64,000 bases of DNA from an uncultured SAR86 cluster bacterium (GTDB lineage: Bacteria; Pseudomonadota; Gammaproteobacteria; Magnimaribacterales; AG-339-G14), in NCBI GenBank assembly GCA_902578495.1, contig CACHCY010000002.1, positions 66,320 through 130,319 of the forward strand. The letters run 5' to 3'. The translations under genes and the position numbers were made by a program. Shown piece after piece: positions 9,468 through 19,273 of the stretch. The first letter of the stretch is position 1. The number at the start of each line of letters is the position of its first letter. The notes beneath the pieces are model-generated. The model had not been told where the DNA came from. It made no database searches and saw only the letters and a program-made list of their open reading frames with translations.

Positions 9468-9955
9468 TCCCCAGTTTCTAGATTTTGTATTGGAGTAGCA
9501 CCTCCGAAATTGCCGATCTCTCCCCTAATGAGCGTTACCTCATTTCCAAAAATCTTTGTTACTTCGTCTGCTGACATAGCAGGAGGGTCGTTAGAAATAT
9601 TTGCTGATGTGCTAGTCAGCACCTTGCCAATTTTTTCTGTCAGTTTTATCACTTCAGGATGTGAACTATGACGAAGGGCAACCAAATCAGAATTTCCTTT
9701 AATCCATTCTGGGACATTTTCATTTGCTCTGACAAGCCAAGTGTGAGGACCAGGCCACGGCCTTTTAAGTTTATCTATATCTTGTTTATCAAGATGATTT
9801 ATATATTTTTCAAAATGCTCAAAAACTCCACTTATTAGTATCAAGCCTTTTTCTATTGATCTTTTTTTTAACTCGCAGAGTTTAAAGACATCCTTTTTTG
9901 AGTCAGGATCACACCCTAGCCCATAAACTCCTTCGCATGGATAGGCATAGATCAT
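9452..9955 (-). CDS. tsaC: L-threonylcarbamoyladenylate synthase (TsaC/YrdC), N-terminally short
   Basis: YPCEGVYGLGCDP, LKKRS..KGLILI and TSANIS motifs match YrdC. An in-frame stop lies 9 codons upstream of the ATG. Confidence 0.8.
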   Translation of the reverse strand: MIYAYPCEGVYGLGCDPDSKKDVFKLCELKKRSIEKGLILISGVFEHFEKYINHLDKQDIDKLKRPWPGPHTWLVRANENVPEWIKGNSDLVALRHSSHPEVIKLTEKIGKVLTSTSANISNDPPAMSADEVTKIFGNEVTLIRGEIGNFGGATPIQNLETGEWIRK

Positions 9956-9968
9956 TTTAAGTTTGGCT

Positions 9969-10445
9969 TTATTGATCCTCTAATAAGATTCTTTTTTGTT
10001 CTTCTCTTTGATCAGCTATTTTTTTAGCCAAATCTTGATCTCCAGTAGCAAGCATTTGAGCGGCTAAATGGCCAGCGTTTACTGCTCCTGCCTTTCCGAT
10101 GGCTACGGTTGCAACCGGAACTCCTCTAGGCATTTGAACGGTTGAGAAAAGAGCATCCAAACCATTTAAAGGTCCGCCATCTCCCGGAATTCCAATGACA
10201 GGCAAAGTCGTATGCGCAGCAATATTTCCTGATAAATGTGCTGCTAAGCCAGCAATTCCCACGAAAACTTTGGTGCCGTCCTTGATGGTAGTTTCAATGA
10301 ATTCTTTAAGGGCTTCCGGCGTTCTGTGGGCGCTTAGTACTTTAATCACTGAGCCAATTTTATAACCATCCAATATTTCTTTAGTTGCTTCTGCCAAGGC
10401 CATATCAGACTTTGATCCCATCACAATTGCTACGCTATTAGTCAT
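9969..10445 (-). CDS. purE: 5-(carboxyamino)imidazole ribonucleotide mutase
   Basis: IVMGSKSD and SAHRTP motifs; 158 aa. Confidence 0.92.
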   Translation of the reverse strand: MTNSVAIVMGSKSDMALAEATKEILDGYKIGSVIKVLSAHRTPEALKEFIETTIKDGTKVFVGIAGLAAHLSGNIAAHTTLPVIGIPGDGGPLNGLDALFSTVQMPRGVPVATVAIGKAGAVNAGHLAAQMLATGDQDLAKKIADQREEQKRILLEDQ

Positions 10446-10511
10446 AATTTCTTAGATATTTAGTTTTTGTTAATTACCCACATATAATATATGTAAAGTA
10501 AATTTATAAAA

Positions 10512-11027
10512 ATGAAATTATTAAAGATTTTAGAATTTCCTAACCCAAGGCTTAGAACAAAAGCAAAGCCTGTTCAGGAAGTTACTAACGTCCATAAAGA
10601 ATTGATCGACAACATGATCCATACTATGTACGAAAGCAAGGGCATTGGTCTTGCTGCAACGCAAGTAGATTTTCATGAAAGGATCTTGGTTATAGATATA
10701 AGCGAAGAAAGAGATGATCCTCAAGTATTTATCAATCCCGAGGTAGAAATTCTTAATAAAGAAGAAAAGTCCGGCTATGAGGAAGGTTGCTTGTCTGTGC
10801 CAGGTTTTTATGAAGAAATAATTAGGCCTGAAAAAATTAAGGTCACCTACTTGGATAGAGACGGCAAGAAACAAACACTTATGCCAGAGGGTTTGTTAGC
10901 TGTTGTTATCCAGCATGAAATAGATCATTTAGAGGGTATCCTCATGGTTGACTACATATCAAACATTAAAAGACAAAGAATAAAACAAAAACTCCAGAAA
11001 TCTGCTAAAGAAAAATTAGCTTCCTGA
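10512..11027 (+). CDS. def: peptide deformylase
   Basis: GIGLAATQ, EGCLS and QHEIDHLEG motifs. Confidence 0.95.
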   Translation: MKLLKILEFPNPRLRTKAKPVQEVTNVHKELIDNMIHTMYESKGIGLAATQVDFHERILVIDISEERDDPQVFINPEVEILNKEEKSGYEEGCLSVPGFYEEIIRPEKIKVTYLDRDGKKQTLMPEGLLAVVIQHEIDHLEGILMVDYISNIKRQRIKQKLQKSAKEKLAS

Positions 11028-11030
11028 TAA

Positions 11031-11966
11031 ATGAAAATAGCTTTTGCTGGAACTCCAGAAATTGCCGCTACAATTCTTCAATCAATTATTGATAAAAAAG
11101 ATCATCAAGTTGTATGTGTTATAACATCAGTTGATAAACCCTCAGGCAGAGGCAGAAAATTAAAGCCTTCGCCAGTAAAAAAAATTACCTTAGAGAATAA
11201 CTTAACCTTGATGCAGCCTGATTCACCTAAATCTGAAGAATTCATCAATGAGTTTAAAAATTATCAATGCGATGTTCTTCTAGTGGTGGCTTATGGTCAT
11301 GTCTTGACAGAAGAATTGCTGGAGACACCTCAATACGGGAGTGTAAATATTCATGCATCTCTTTTGCCAAAATACAGAGGAGCCGCACCAATACAAAGAG
11401 CTATCTTAAACGGTGATAAAAAAAGTGGACTGACTTTTATGAAGATGACGAAAGGACTTGATTCAGGACCTATATCAAAACGATTTGAAATTAAGATAGA
11501 AAGAGACGACACCACTGCTGATTTAACATTGAAGATGGCATCTTTAGCCGCAAAAGAAGTTAATAAATTTTGTTCTGATTGGCCAAATTTAATTGATAGT
11601 TTGGAGGTGCAAAATGAAACAGATGCGTCTTATTGTCCCAAAATTACGAGGAATGATGCTGTGATTGAATGGTCTGATGAGGCCAAAAAAATCAGTAAGA
11701 CTATTAACGCAATGTACCCTAACCCAATAATATCTATCAACGTTAACGGTCTTGGGATCAACCTCTGCAAATCAAAGGTGAATAAAAGGTTAATTGGCGA
11801 TCCAGGTGAAATTATTGAATTTAATAAAGATATTCTTGCGATAGGTTGTAGAGATTTTGCAGTGGAAGTTACTGAACTTTGCAGGACAGGAAAAAATAAA
11901 CTTTCCATTAAAGATTTTTATAACGGTGCTCAAAATCTTTTGAAAGAAGGCGATATTATTTCTTGA
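11031..11966 (+). CDS. fmt: methionyl-tRNA formyltransferase
   Basis: N-terminal FAGTPE and HASLLPKYRGAAPIQ motif. Immediately downstream of def. Confidence 0.93.
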   Translation: MKIAFAGTPEIAATILQSIIDKKDHQVVCVITSVDKPSGRGRKLKPSPVKKITLENNLTLMQPDSPKSEEFINEFKNYQCDVLLVVAYGHVLTEELLETPQYGSVNIHASLLPKYRGAAPIQRAILNGDKKSGLTFMKMTKGLDSGPISKRFEIKIERDDTTADLTLKMASLAAKEVNKFCSDWPNLIDSLEVQNETDASYCPKITRNDAVIEWSDEAKKISKTINAMYPNPIISINVNGLGINLCKSKVNKRLIGDPGEIIEFNKDILAIGCRDFAVEVTELCRTGKNKLSIKDFYNGAQNLLKEGDIIS

Positions 11967-12014
11967 ATATTAGGTGTATAAATATCAATAAAATTTTAGT
12001 TAAAAAGAAATAAA

Positions 12015-13373
12015 TTGGAAATTTTAATTCTCGGAGCTGGCCAGGTTGGTACTGAATTATCTGAGCTCCTTACAAATGATGGTCATAACATTACCATTAT
12101 TGATACAGAAGCTGATCGACTTCAAAAAGCCTCCTCTCACATAGACTTAAAAACTGTGGAGGGCAATGCTTCCTATCCTAAAGTTTTAGAGCAAGCCGAT
12201 ATTAATAATATAGATGTTGCTGTTGCGATGATGGAATCTGATGAAGTTAATATTATTGCCTGCCAGATGATAAAACTCCTCAATAAGGATACGAAAACAA
12301 TGGCAAGAATTCGTACCTACGAGTATTTGAAAGGTAAGGGGAAACAAATTATCGAAGGAGAACAAGGTATAGACGTCATTATTAGTCCAGAGGAATTAAT
12401 AACTGCGCAAATTTGTAGGCTTATTGAAAATCCTGGAGCTACACAGATTATGGATTTTGCCAATGGTAAAGTATCGATGGTTTCAGTGAAAGCTAAGGAA
12501 GGTGCTCCAATAACAGGACACAAAGTAGCAGAGTTAAGACAGCATATTCCCAAGGTTGATACGAGAATTGCAGCAATTTATAGAGAGGAAAAAGTCATAG
12601 CTCCAAAAGGAGATGACATAGTTGAAACAGGAGACGAGGTATTCTTTATAACAGAATCAAGAGATATAAAGAAAGTTATATCTGAGCTTCGAATGAAAGA
12701 AATATCTTCGAAGACAATTATGATTGCTGGAGGAGGAAGAATAGGAAGAAGACTTGCAGAATCTTTGGAAGGAAAATTTGATCTTAAGATAATTGAACTC
12801 AACAAAGATAGGTGCATTTATTTGTCAGAAAAATTGGATTCCTCTTTAGTTTTGAATGGCGATTCATCAGATAGTGCTCTACTTGAGGAGGAAAATATTG
12901 AAAAAACTGATTTCTTTTGCTCTGTTACTGATGATGATGAAGCGAATGTGATGTCTTCTATGTTGGCAAAAAAGATGGGTGCTAAAAAATCACTATCTTT
13001 GGTTAATAAAAATGCATACTTAGATCTAATATCAAAGGAACAAATAGATATCACCATTAATCCCTCAGAAATAACAATCGGATCAATTTTAGAAAATTTG
13101 TCTGATGAAACGCAATTGAAAACATACTCTTTTAAAAGAAAAGGCGAAGCAGTTGAGCTAATTGCAACATCAAGAAATGGCTACCCAGGAGTCGTAGGGA
13201 AACAAATTGATCAGATAGAACTGCCTAAAGGATGTGTAATTGGGGCTATTTTCTCTGAAAATGCTATTAAAATCGCTCATCATGATACTAAAATCAATGA
13301 AAATGATCACCTAATTACTTTTATAGCTGATAAAAAGAATCTTGAAGAAGTAACAGATATAATTTGTTCATAA
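12015..13373 (+). CDS. trkA: Trk potassium uptake system NAD-binding protein TrkA
   Basis: Two tandem RCK/NAD-binding units (ILILGAGQVG and IMIAGGGRIG). TTG start. Confidence 0.9.
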   Translation: MEILILGAGQVGTELSELLTNDGHNITIIDTEADRLQKASSHIDLKTVEGNASYPKVLEQADINNIDVAVAMMESDEVNIIACQMIKLLNKDTKTMARIRTYEYLKGKGKQIIEGEQGIDVIISPEELITAQICRLIENPGATQIMDFANGKVSMVSVKAKEGAPITGHKVAELRQHIPKVDTRIAAIYREEKVIAPKGDDIVETGDEVFFITESRDIKKVISELRMKEISSKTIMIAGGGRIGRRLAESLEGKFDLKIIELNKDRCIYLSEKLDSSLVLNGDSSDSALLEEENIEKTDFFCSVTDDDEANVMSSMLAKKMGAKKSLSLVNKNAYLDLISKEQIDITINPSEITIGSILENLSDETQLKTYSFKRKGEAVELIATSRNGYPGVVGKQIDQIELPKGCVIGAIFSENAIKIAHHDTKINENDHLITFIADKKNLEEVTDIICS

Positions 13374-13383
13374 ATAGAATTTA

Positions 13384-14835
13384 ATGAAAGTTAGACCCAT
13401 TTTAAACCTTTTAGGCATAGGTTTAGTGTATTTTTCGTTTTTTCAGCTGCTGCCAATAGCAATATCCTTAATTTACGAGGAAAATAATTTTACCGATTAT
13501 TCTGGGGCCTTTTTTATAACTCTTATTACGGGAATAGCGTTTTGGGTAGCTACTTATAAAGAGAAACAAGAAACAATTAGAATAAAAGAAGGATTCATCC
13601 TAACTGTAGCCTTTTGGGTCTTATTTACCGTTTTTGCATCTTTACCTTTTCTTTTGAGCTCAACACACGATTTCTCTGTCGTGGATGCCTATTTTGAGAC
13701 AACATCAGCCCTTACAACCACAGGTTCTACTATATTGGTTGGTCTGGAATCGTATAGTAAGTCCTTACTATTCTATAGAGCCCTATTACAGTGGCTTGGA
13801 GGAATGGGAATAATTGTATTAGCAGTGGCAATTTTTCCATTACTAGGGGTTGGAGGTATGCAACTATATAAAAACGAGGGCTCTGGAGTGATGGGAGACA
13901 ATAAATTGAGGCCCAAAATTGCGGAAACAGCTAAATCTTTATGGTTTATTTACCTAATTTTGACTCTAAGCTGCTGTTTTTGTTACTTTTTTTCAGGTAT
14001 GAGCCTCTTTGATGCTATAACTCACTCCTTTACGACAGTAGCCATTGGTGGATTTTCAAATTACGACGAGAGTTTTGCCTACTTTGATAGTAATGCAATC
14101 TATATGGTCTCAATAATATTTATGTTTCTTTCAGGTGCTAATTTTTCTCTTCATTTCCTTGCCTATACAAAGTTAAACCCTAAGTACTACTTTCAAGATT
14201 CAGAATTTAAGTTTTATGGCACAGTTATTCTTTCTGCTTTTCTTTTAATAACTGTTGCGATGATTTTTTATGGATCAACTAATAACTTTGATTTAATTGT
14301 TACTACCGCTTTTCAAACAGTTTCTTTTGCAACCACAACAGGTTATGTAAATTCAGATTACTATCTATGGCCTTCTTTTATTCCTTTCATGCTTTTGATG
14401 CTTGGAGTAATTGGAGCTTGTGCTGGATCTACGGGAGGCGGAATAAAAATGATAAGGGTTTTAGTTCTCTACAAACAAGGTGGGAGAGAGCTTAAAAAAT
14501 TGACCCATCCACAATCGGTTGTTCCAGTAAAAATTGGTGGGAAAATTCTTCAACCAGAAATAGCGGAATCGGTTTGGGGTTTCTTTTCTGTATACATATT
14601 GGCGTATGTTTTTCTTACAACGTTTATGCTTTTGTATGGCTCAGATTTTATTACAGCATTTTCTGCAGTTGGTGCATCAATAAATAATTTAGGTCCTGGG
14701 CTGGGAGATGTATCTCAGAACTATAGCTCTTTAAATGATATTTCTAAGATAACTTTATCCTTTTCTATGATACTTGGAAGATTAGAAATTTATACTCTTC
14801 TTGTCTTGCTGACTCCCTTCTTTTGGAAAAGTTAA
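13384..14835 (+). CDS. trkH: Trk system potassium transporter TrkH
   Basis: Polytopic 483-aa protein with the repeated TTTG/GGFS selectivity-filter-like segments of TrkH. Adjacent to trkA. Confidence 0.9.
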   Translation: MKVRPILNLLGIGLVYFSFFQLLPIAISLIYEENNFTDYSGAFFITLITGIAFWVATYKEKQETIRIKEGFILTVAFWVLFTVFASLPFLLSSTHDFSVVDAYFETTSALTTTGSTILVGLESYSKSLLFYRALLQWLGGMGIIVLAVAIFPLLGVGGMQLYKNEGSGVMGDNKLRPKIAETAKSLWFIYLILTLSCCFCYFFSGMSLFDAITHSFTTVAIGGFSNYDESFAYFDSNAIYMVSIIFMFLSGANFSLHFLAYTKLNPKYYFQDSEFKFYGTVILSAFLLITVAMIFYGSTNNFDLIVTTAFQTVSFATTTGYVNSDYYLWPSFIPFMLLMLGVIGACAGSTGGGIKMIRVLVLYKQGGRELKKLTHPQSVVPVKIGGKILQPEIAESVWGFFSVYILAYVFLTTFMLLYGSDFITAFSAVGASINNLGPGLGDVSQNYSSLNDISKITLSFSMILGRLEIYTLLVLLTPFFWKS

Positions 14836-14853
14836 GTAAGCACTCACTATCTT

Positions 14854-15717
14854 TTAAACGTAATCAATATAACCTTTAAATCTTTTGTATTCCCATGCAT
14901 ATTGTTCAGGGGAAGCAAGGATATCTTCTTCCAAAACTTTATTCATTGACTCTAGAGACTTACTTACATCATCAGAAAAAAAGTTCTTCCCCACCTCTCT
15001 TATATTGATTTGATATCCATCTTTGCCAAGCGTGCAACTGCAATAAATAACATTACAGTCAGTCCTTTTGGCGATATTTGAGATTAAAGAATTGGTGTAG
15101 CAAGCATTGCCAAAAAAATTAGCTGTGTGTCGATTTTTGTTTTTAGGAACCTGATCAACCGCCATTGCTATCGTCCCTTTATTATTGATGTGTTCGAGCA
15201 AAAGTTTAGTACTTTTAAATCCTATACCAACCATCTTTGCTCCATAATTTTGTCTTCCACTTCTTATAAGATTGTTAACAGTTTTATTTTTTACTTTTGT
15301 AAACGGAATAATGAGATTTTCAGCTTTATGTGCCATCCATGAAATTAATAATTCCATATTACCGATATGACTTGAAATGATTATCAGGCCTTTGCCTTCA
15401 CCTAATAATGAATCAAATTTACTTTCATTATTAACTTTAGAAATCAATGGGTAAATTTTTCTAGAGAAATCCCTTGAATTTGACCAAACATAAATAGCTT
15501 CCATTAAAGATAAAGATGTTTGTCTTACACTATTTCTTGATAAATAATCAATCTCTTCTTTAGTTTTGCTTTTAAAGACATGTTTGAGATTAGTTGAGCT
15601 AGTTTTAAGGCTTTTAGAGTTAGAAAAAACCATCAAAAAGCCTAAAAATGACCCAAAAGCTTGAAAAACTCTAAAAGGGGCAAATTTAGCTAAAAAAAAC
15701 AGTATTTTTATGAACAT
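14854..15717 (-). CDS. lipid A biosynthesis (lauroyl/myristoyl) acyltransferase family protein
   Basis: LpxL/HtrB-like size with an N-terminal membrane anchor and SHIGNMEL (Hx4E) motif. Same synteny position as Pseudomonas htrB. Confidence 0.7.
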   Translation of the reverse strand: MFIKILFFLAKFAPFRVFQAFGSFLGFLMVFSNSKSLKTSSTNLKHVFKSKTKEEIDYLSRNSVRQTSLSLMEAIYVWSNSRDFSRKIYPLISKVNNESKFDSLLGEGKGLIIISSHIGNMELLISWMAHKAENLIIPFTKVKNKTVNNLIRSGRQNYGAKMVGIGFKSTKLLLEHINNKGTIAMAVDQVPKNKNRHTANFFGNACYTNSLISNIAKRTDCNVIYCSCTLGKDGYQINIREVGKNFFSDDVSKSLESMNKVLEEDILASPEQYAWEYKRFKGYIDYV

Positions 15718-15800
15718 TTCAGTCCATTATATTCAACATTCAAGTAGAATTAGTAAGAAATCAGTCTATTTTATTGAATCTAACCCAGATCATCGTATAA

Positions 15801-17156
15801 ATGTCAGCTAAATCAATGGATGAATTAGTCTCTTTATGCAAGAGAAGAGGATTCATTTTTCAATCTAGTGAAATTTATGGTGGCTTACAAGGTATGTATG
15901 ATTTTGGTCCACTTGGAGTTGAATTAAAAAATAATTTAAAAAGTGCATGGTGGAAATCCATGGTTTATGAAAGAGATGATGTTGAAGGTTTGGATGCGTC
16001 CATCTTAACAAATCAACTTGTATTAAATTATTCCGGCCATGAAGATACTTTTACAGACCCTTTGGTTGACTGTAGGAGTTGCAAGTCCAGATGGAGAGCA
16101 GATCAAATTGAAGATAGTTGCCCGAATTGCGGCAGCCAAGATTTGACTGACCCCAGACCTTTTAACTTGATGTTCAAGACTAATGTAGGCCCTCTTGAAG
16201 ATGAAGGATCCATTGCGTATCTCAGACCAGAAACTGCACAACAGATTTTTACTAACTTTAAGAATATAGTTGATTCAACATCAAGAGCTTTACCTTTTGG
16301 TATTGCACAAATTGGAAAAGCTTTTCGGAATGAAATAACTCCAAGAAATTTTATTTTTAGAGTTCGTGAATTTGAACAAATGGAATTGGAATTTTTTGTA
16401 GAGCCAGGAGAGGATAATCAGTGGCACGACAAATGGATTGAGGAAAGATCAAAATGGTGGGAGAGTCAGGGAGTCTCTAAAAAGAAAATTAGATTTTTAG
16501 AAGTACCTAAAGATGAACTATCCCATTATTCGAAACGTACTGTTGATTTAATGTATGAATTCCCTCACGGTGAGGAAGAATTGGAGGGCATAGCAAACAG
16601 AACTGACTTCGATTTAGGCTCACATTCCAAAAATCAAGATCAACTAAATATACAAAGCAAGATAAGAAAAAATTCAGACTCTAACTCAAGATTAGCGATA
16701 CAGGATAAAGATTCAAATGAATGGATTGTTCCATTTGTTATAGAGCCATCTGCCGGCGTCGAAAGAGGAGTATTGGCCATTTTGAACGAAGCATACAAGG
16801 TTGAGAAATTAGAAGACGGAAAAGAACGAATAGTTCTAGCTCTTAAACCTCATCTTAGTCCAATAAAGGCCGCCGTTATTCCTCTGAAAAAAAATAATGA
16901 AGATCTCGTATCCTTGGCTAAAAATATAAAAGACGAACTTCAATCTTTAGGTATGGGTAGAGTTCTCTTGGAAAATACAGGAAATATCGGAAAAAGTTAT
17001 AGGAAGCATGATGAAGTAGGTACTCCAATGTGCATAACAATTGATTTTGATTCTCTTGATAATAACACAGTTACAATAAGAGATAGAGATAGTATGGAAC
17101 AAAAAATTGTTCAAATACAAGAGGTTACAACTTATTTCTCTAATTTTTTTAAGTAA
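15801..17156 (+). CDS. glyQS: glycine--tRNA ligase, homodimeric alpha2 (GlyQS) type
   Basis: [31 protein letters not shown]-terminus, a CxxC...CxxC insertion, class II motifs ([19 protein letters not shown]) and a C-terminal anticodon-binding domain. Confidence 0.92.
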   Translation: MSAKSMDELVSLCKRRGFIFQSSEIYGGLQGMYDFGPLGVELKNNLKSAWWKSMVYERDDVEGLDASILTNQLVLNYSGHEDTFTDPLVDCRSCKSRWRADQIEDSCPNCGSQDLTDPRPFNLMFKTNVGPLEDEGSIAYLRPETAQQIFTNFKNIVDSTSRALPFGIAQIGKAFRNEITPRNFIFRVREFEQMELEFFVEPGEDNQWHDKWIEERSKWWESQGVSKKKIRFLEVPKDELSHYSKRTVDLMYEFPHGEEELEGIANRTDFDLGSHSKNQDQLNIQSKIRKNSDSNSRLAIQDKDSNEWIVPFVIEPSAGVERGVLAILNEAYKVEKLEDGKERIVLALKPHLSPIKAAVIPLKKNNEDLVSLAKNIKDELQSLGMGRVLLENTGNIGKSYRKHDEVGTPMCITIDFDSLDNNTVTIRDRDSMEQKIVQIQEVTTYFSNFFK

Positions 17157-17164
17157 AAATATTC

Positions 17165-17707
17165 TTGGATAACTCAAGTAATTATATTGTTTTGGATCGT
17201 GATGGCGTCATCAATGTTGATCTATTTGATTATGTAAGAGATCCAAAGGAATTTGAATTTGAACATAAGAGCGTTCAAGCAATAAAAAAATTATCAGACA
17301 AAAATGTGAAAATTGTTGTTCTTACAAATCAAGCCTGCGTTTCACAAAAAACGGCAACTGAAGGAATGATAAATAACGTTCATGATCATATGAAAAATGA
17401 ACTAAAAAAAGTTGGGGCTGAGATTGAGCTAATTCTATTTTGTCCGCATGCAAATGAAGACAATTGTGAATGCAGAAAACCCAAAACAGGTTTGTTAGAA
17501 AAAGCTGAAGCTAGGCTTGGAATTTCACTTAAGAATTGTTTTTTTATTGGTGACAAAGAATCTGATTTACTTGCTGCAAAAAAGCATGGATGTCGTCCTG
17601 TCTTGGTTCTTACCGGTTATGGAATGCATACCATTAGAACAGCTGAAAGTTTGATGGGTGTAAAAATTTACGAGAATTTATTCGAAGCAATAGAGAACAA
17701 CTTTTGA
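17165..17707 (+). CDS. gmhB: D-glycero-beta-D-manno-heptose-1,7-bisphosphate 7-phosphatase (HAD family)
   Basis: DRDGVIN HAD motif I, Cys cluster (CPH...CECRKP) and GDKESD motif. TTG start. Confidence 0.8.
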   Translation: MDNSSNYIVLDRDGVINVDLFDYVRDPKEFEFEHKSVQAIKKLSDKNVKIVVLTNQACVSQKTATEGMINNVHDHMKNELKKVGAEIELILFCPHANEDNCECRKPKTGLLEKAEARLGISLKNCFFIGDKESDLLAAKKHGCRPVLVLTGYGMHTIRTAESLMGVKIYENLFEAIENNF

Positions 17708-18414
17708 TGGTTTATCTTAGATCGGGTATTTTTTATTTTTTCCTTATTATTGGATTGGGATTAATTTTCATTGGCATACCTTTCCTATATTTCACTCCGT
17801 TAATAACGCGACAAAAAATTATTTTAAGCTGGGTATGGTTAGTAAGATTTACATTGAAATATATTTGTAATGTTGAAATTGAATTTAAAGGATTCAAAGA
17901 TTATCTTAATGGCAAATTTCTTTTTGTCTCTAATCACCAAAGCACATTGGAAACGTTGGTGTTACATCATGAGTTTCAACCAATGTCAGCGATTACAAAA
18001 AAAGAAAATTTGAGTGTTCCAGTTTTTGGTTTAGGTTTTAGATTGCTTGAACCTATTTACATAGAAAGAGATATGAAGCTGAGCTCTACCAAAAAAATTA
18101 TAAGAGAAGGAATAAAAAAAATTGAAGCTGGATTATCAGTTTTATATTTTCCAGAAGGCACAAGGATGCCATTAGGAGAAATAGGAAGATTTTCTAGAAC
18201 TGGTATTGAAGTTGCAGCCAAAACAGAAGCCAGCATCATCCCAATAGTTCACAACTCTGCAGAGTGTTGGCCGCCCAGTTACTTAATACAACCAGGAAAA
18301 GTTATTTTTTACTTAGGTGATCCAGTTGAAACATCCGGTAAAAATATAAGACAACTTACAACTGACCTTCAATCATGGATGATTGAAAATTATCATCTAA
18401 CCTCAGAGTCTTAA
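17704..18414 (+). CDS. plsC: 1-acyl-sn-glycerol-3-phosphate acyltransferase
   Basis: NHQSTLE (Hx4D/E) and FPEGTR motifs, with an N-terminal TM helix. Confidence 0.85.
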   Translation: MMVYLRSGIFYFFLIIGLGLIFIGIPFLYFTPLITRQKIILSWVWLVRFTLKYICNVEIEFKGFKDYLNGKFLFVSNHQSTLETLVLHHEFQPMSAITKKENLSVPVFGLGFRLLEPIYIERDMKLSSTKKIIREGIKKIEAGLSVLYFPEGTRMPLGEIGRFSRTGIEVAAKTEASIIPIVHNSAECWPPSYLIQPGKVIFYLGDPVETSGKNIRQLTTDLQSWMIENYHLTSES

Positions 18415-18527
18415 AAATATCTTTAAAAAAGATTCTCAAACCTCAAATTCACAAAAAACTCCCTTTTTCGCTTCTTTTTGCTAAATTTAAGACTTAAACT
18501 TTATATAAGTGCCATTTTGGGGGAAAT

Positions 18528-18962
18528 ATGCTTAAAAAACTGTTTAGTCAGGCTACAAATGACAGAATCCACTGGACAACGCTCGTTAGTGAAAAAATCC
18601 TTCTAGCGCTTATTGGAATAGCTACATGCATCGCTGCAGCCCTTTACTTATGGGAAATGTTCATAGAAAGACGCATTGAACTGTCGGATCTATTCTTATT
18701 GTTCATCTATGCTGAAATTTTGGGCATGGTGGGTGCTTTTTACAGCACGAATAGAATTCCAGTAACTTTGCCAATAATTATCGCTATAACGGCTATTTGC
18801 AGATTAATTGTTATGCAAAATAAAGAAATGGAAGCTACATTGATTGTTGGAGAAGCTGCAGCGGTTCTTATCCTGGCTGGCGCTGCATACATGATGAGCC
18901 TAAAAGATAAGATAAGTTTAGAAAAATTAAAAAACCAAACCAATGATGATATCCAAAGCTAA
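18528..18962 (+). CDS. psiE: PsiE-like phosphate-starvation-inducible membrane protein
   Basis: About 140 aa with 4 TM helices. LFIYAEILGMV...IAITAICRLIVMQNK resembles E. coli PsiE (YFLYFEFIALIV...IGITAIVRLIIVDHK). Confidence 0.5.
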   Translation: MLKKLFSQATNDRIHWTTLVSEKILLALIGIATCIAAALYLWEMFIERRIELSDLFLLFIYAEILGMVGAFYSTNRIPVTLPIIIAITAICRLIVMQNKEMEATLIVGEAAAVLILAGAAYMMSLKDKISLEKLKNQTNDDIQS

Positions 18963-19273
18963 TGCTTTTTAAGCGGCTTTTCGGATTCTTCAAACCATCC
19001 GTCGATGATTTCATTGTTCTCATCTATCCATCTTTCAATTTGAAGGATGACAAAATCTTGCCCAGAGATTAAATCAAAATTCTCTTGCGGCATTGATTCC
19101 TTTTCTCTTTCAAGAACCTCTTTCAATGTAATGAGATTTTCCGTTTGTTGTTGATATTCCAAAAGGCTAGGATTTTTTTTATCAGAAAAAGTTTTTTGGA
19201 TTTCATTCAATAATTGATCTTTGAATTTTTGAATCTCTTTGATATTCAAAACTCTTTTATCTCCTTGCTCCAA
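18959..19273 (-). CDS. hypothetical acidic protein (96-104 aa), partner of the Coq4-like gene
   Basis: ORF with no ATG start. Candidate starts are TTG at 19273, or TTG at 19249. The latter is preceded by AAGGAG and overlaps the upstream stop as TTGA. No family recognised. Confidence 0.4.
   Translation of the reverse strand: MEQGDKRVLNIKEIQKFKDQLLNEIQKTFSDKKNPSLLEYQQQTENLITLKEVLEREKESMPQENFDLISGQDFVILQIERWIDENNEIIDGWFEESEKPLKKH

Noticed and set aside
18415-18527. Possible Pho box upstream of the psiE-like gene (repeated TCAAA/TCACAAA motifs)
   Set aside because: The repeats do not match the CTGTCAT-type Pho box consensus or its 11-bp phasing.
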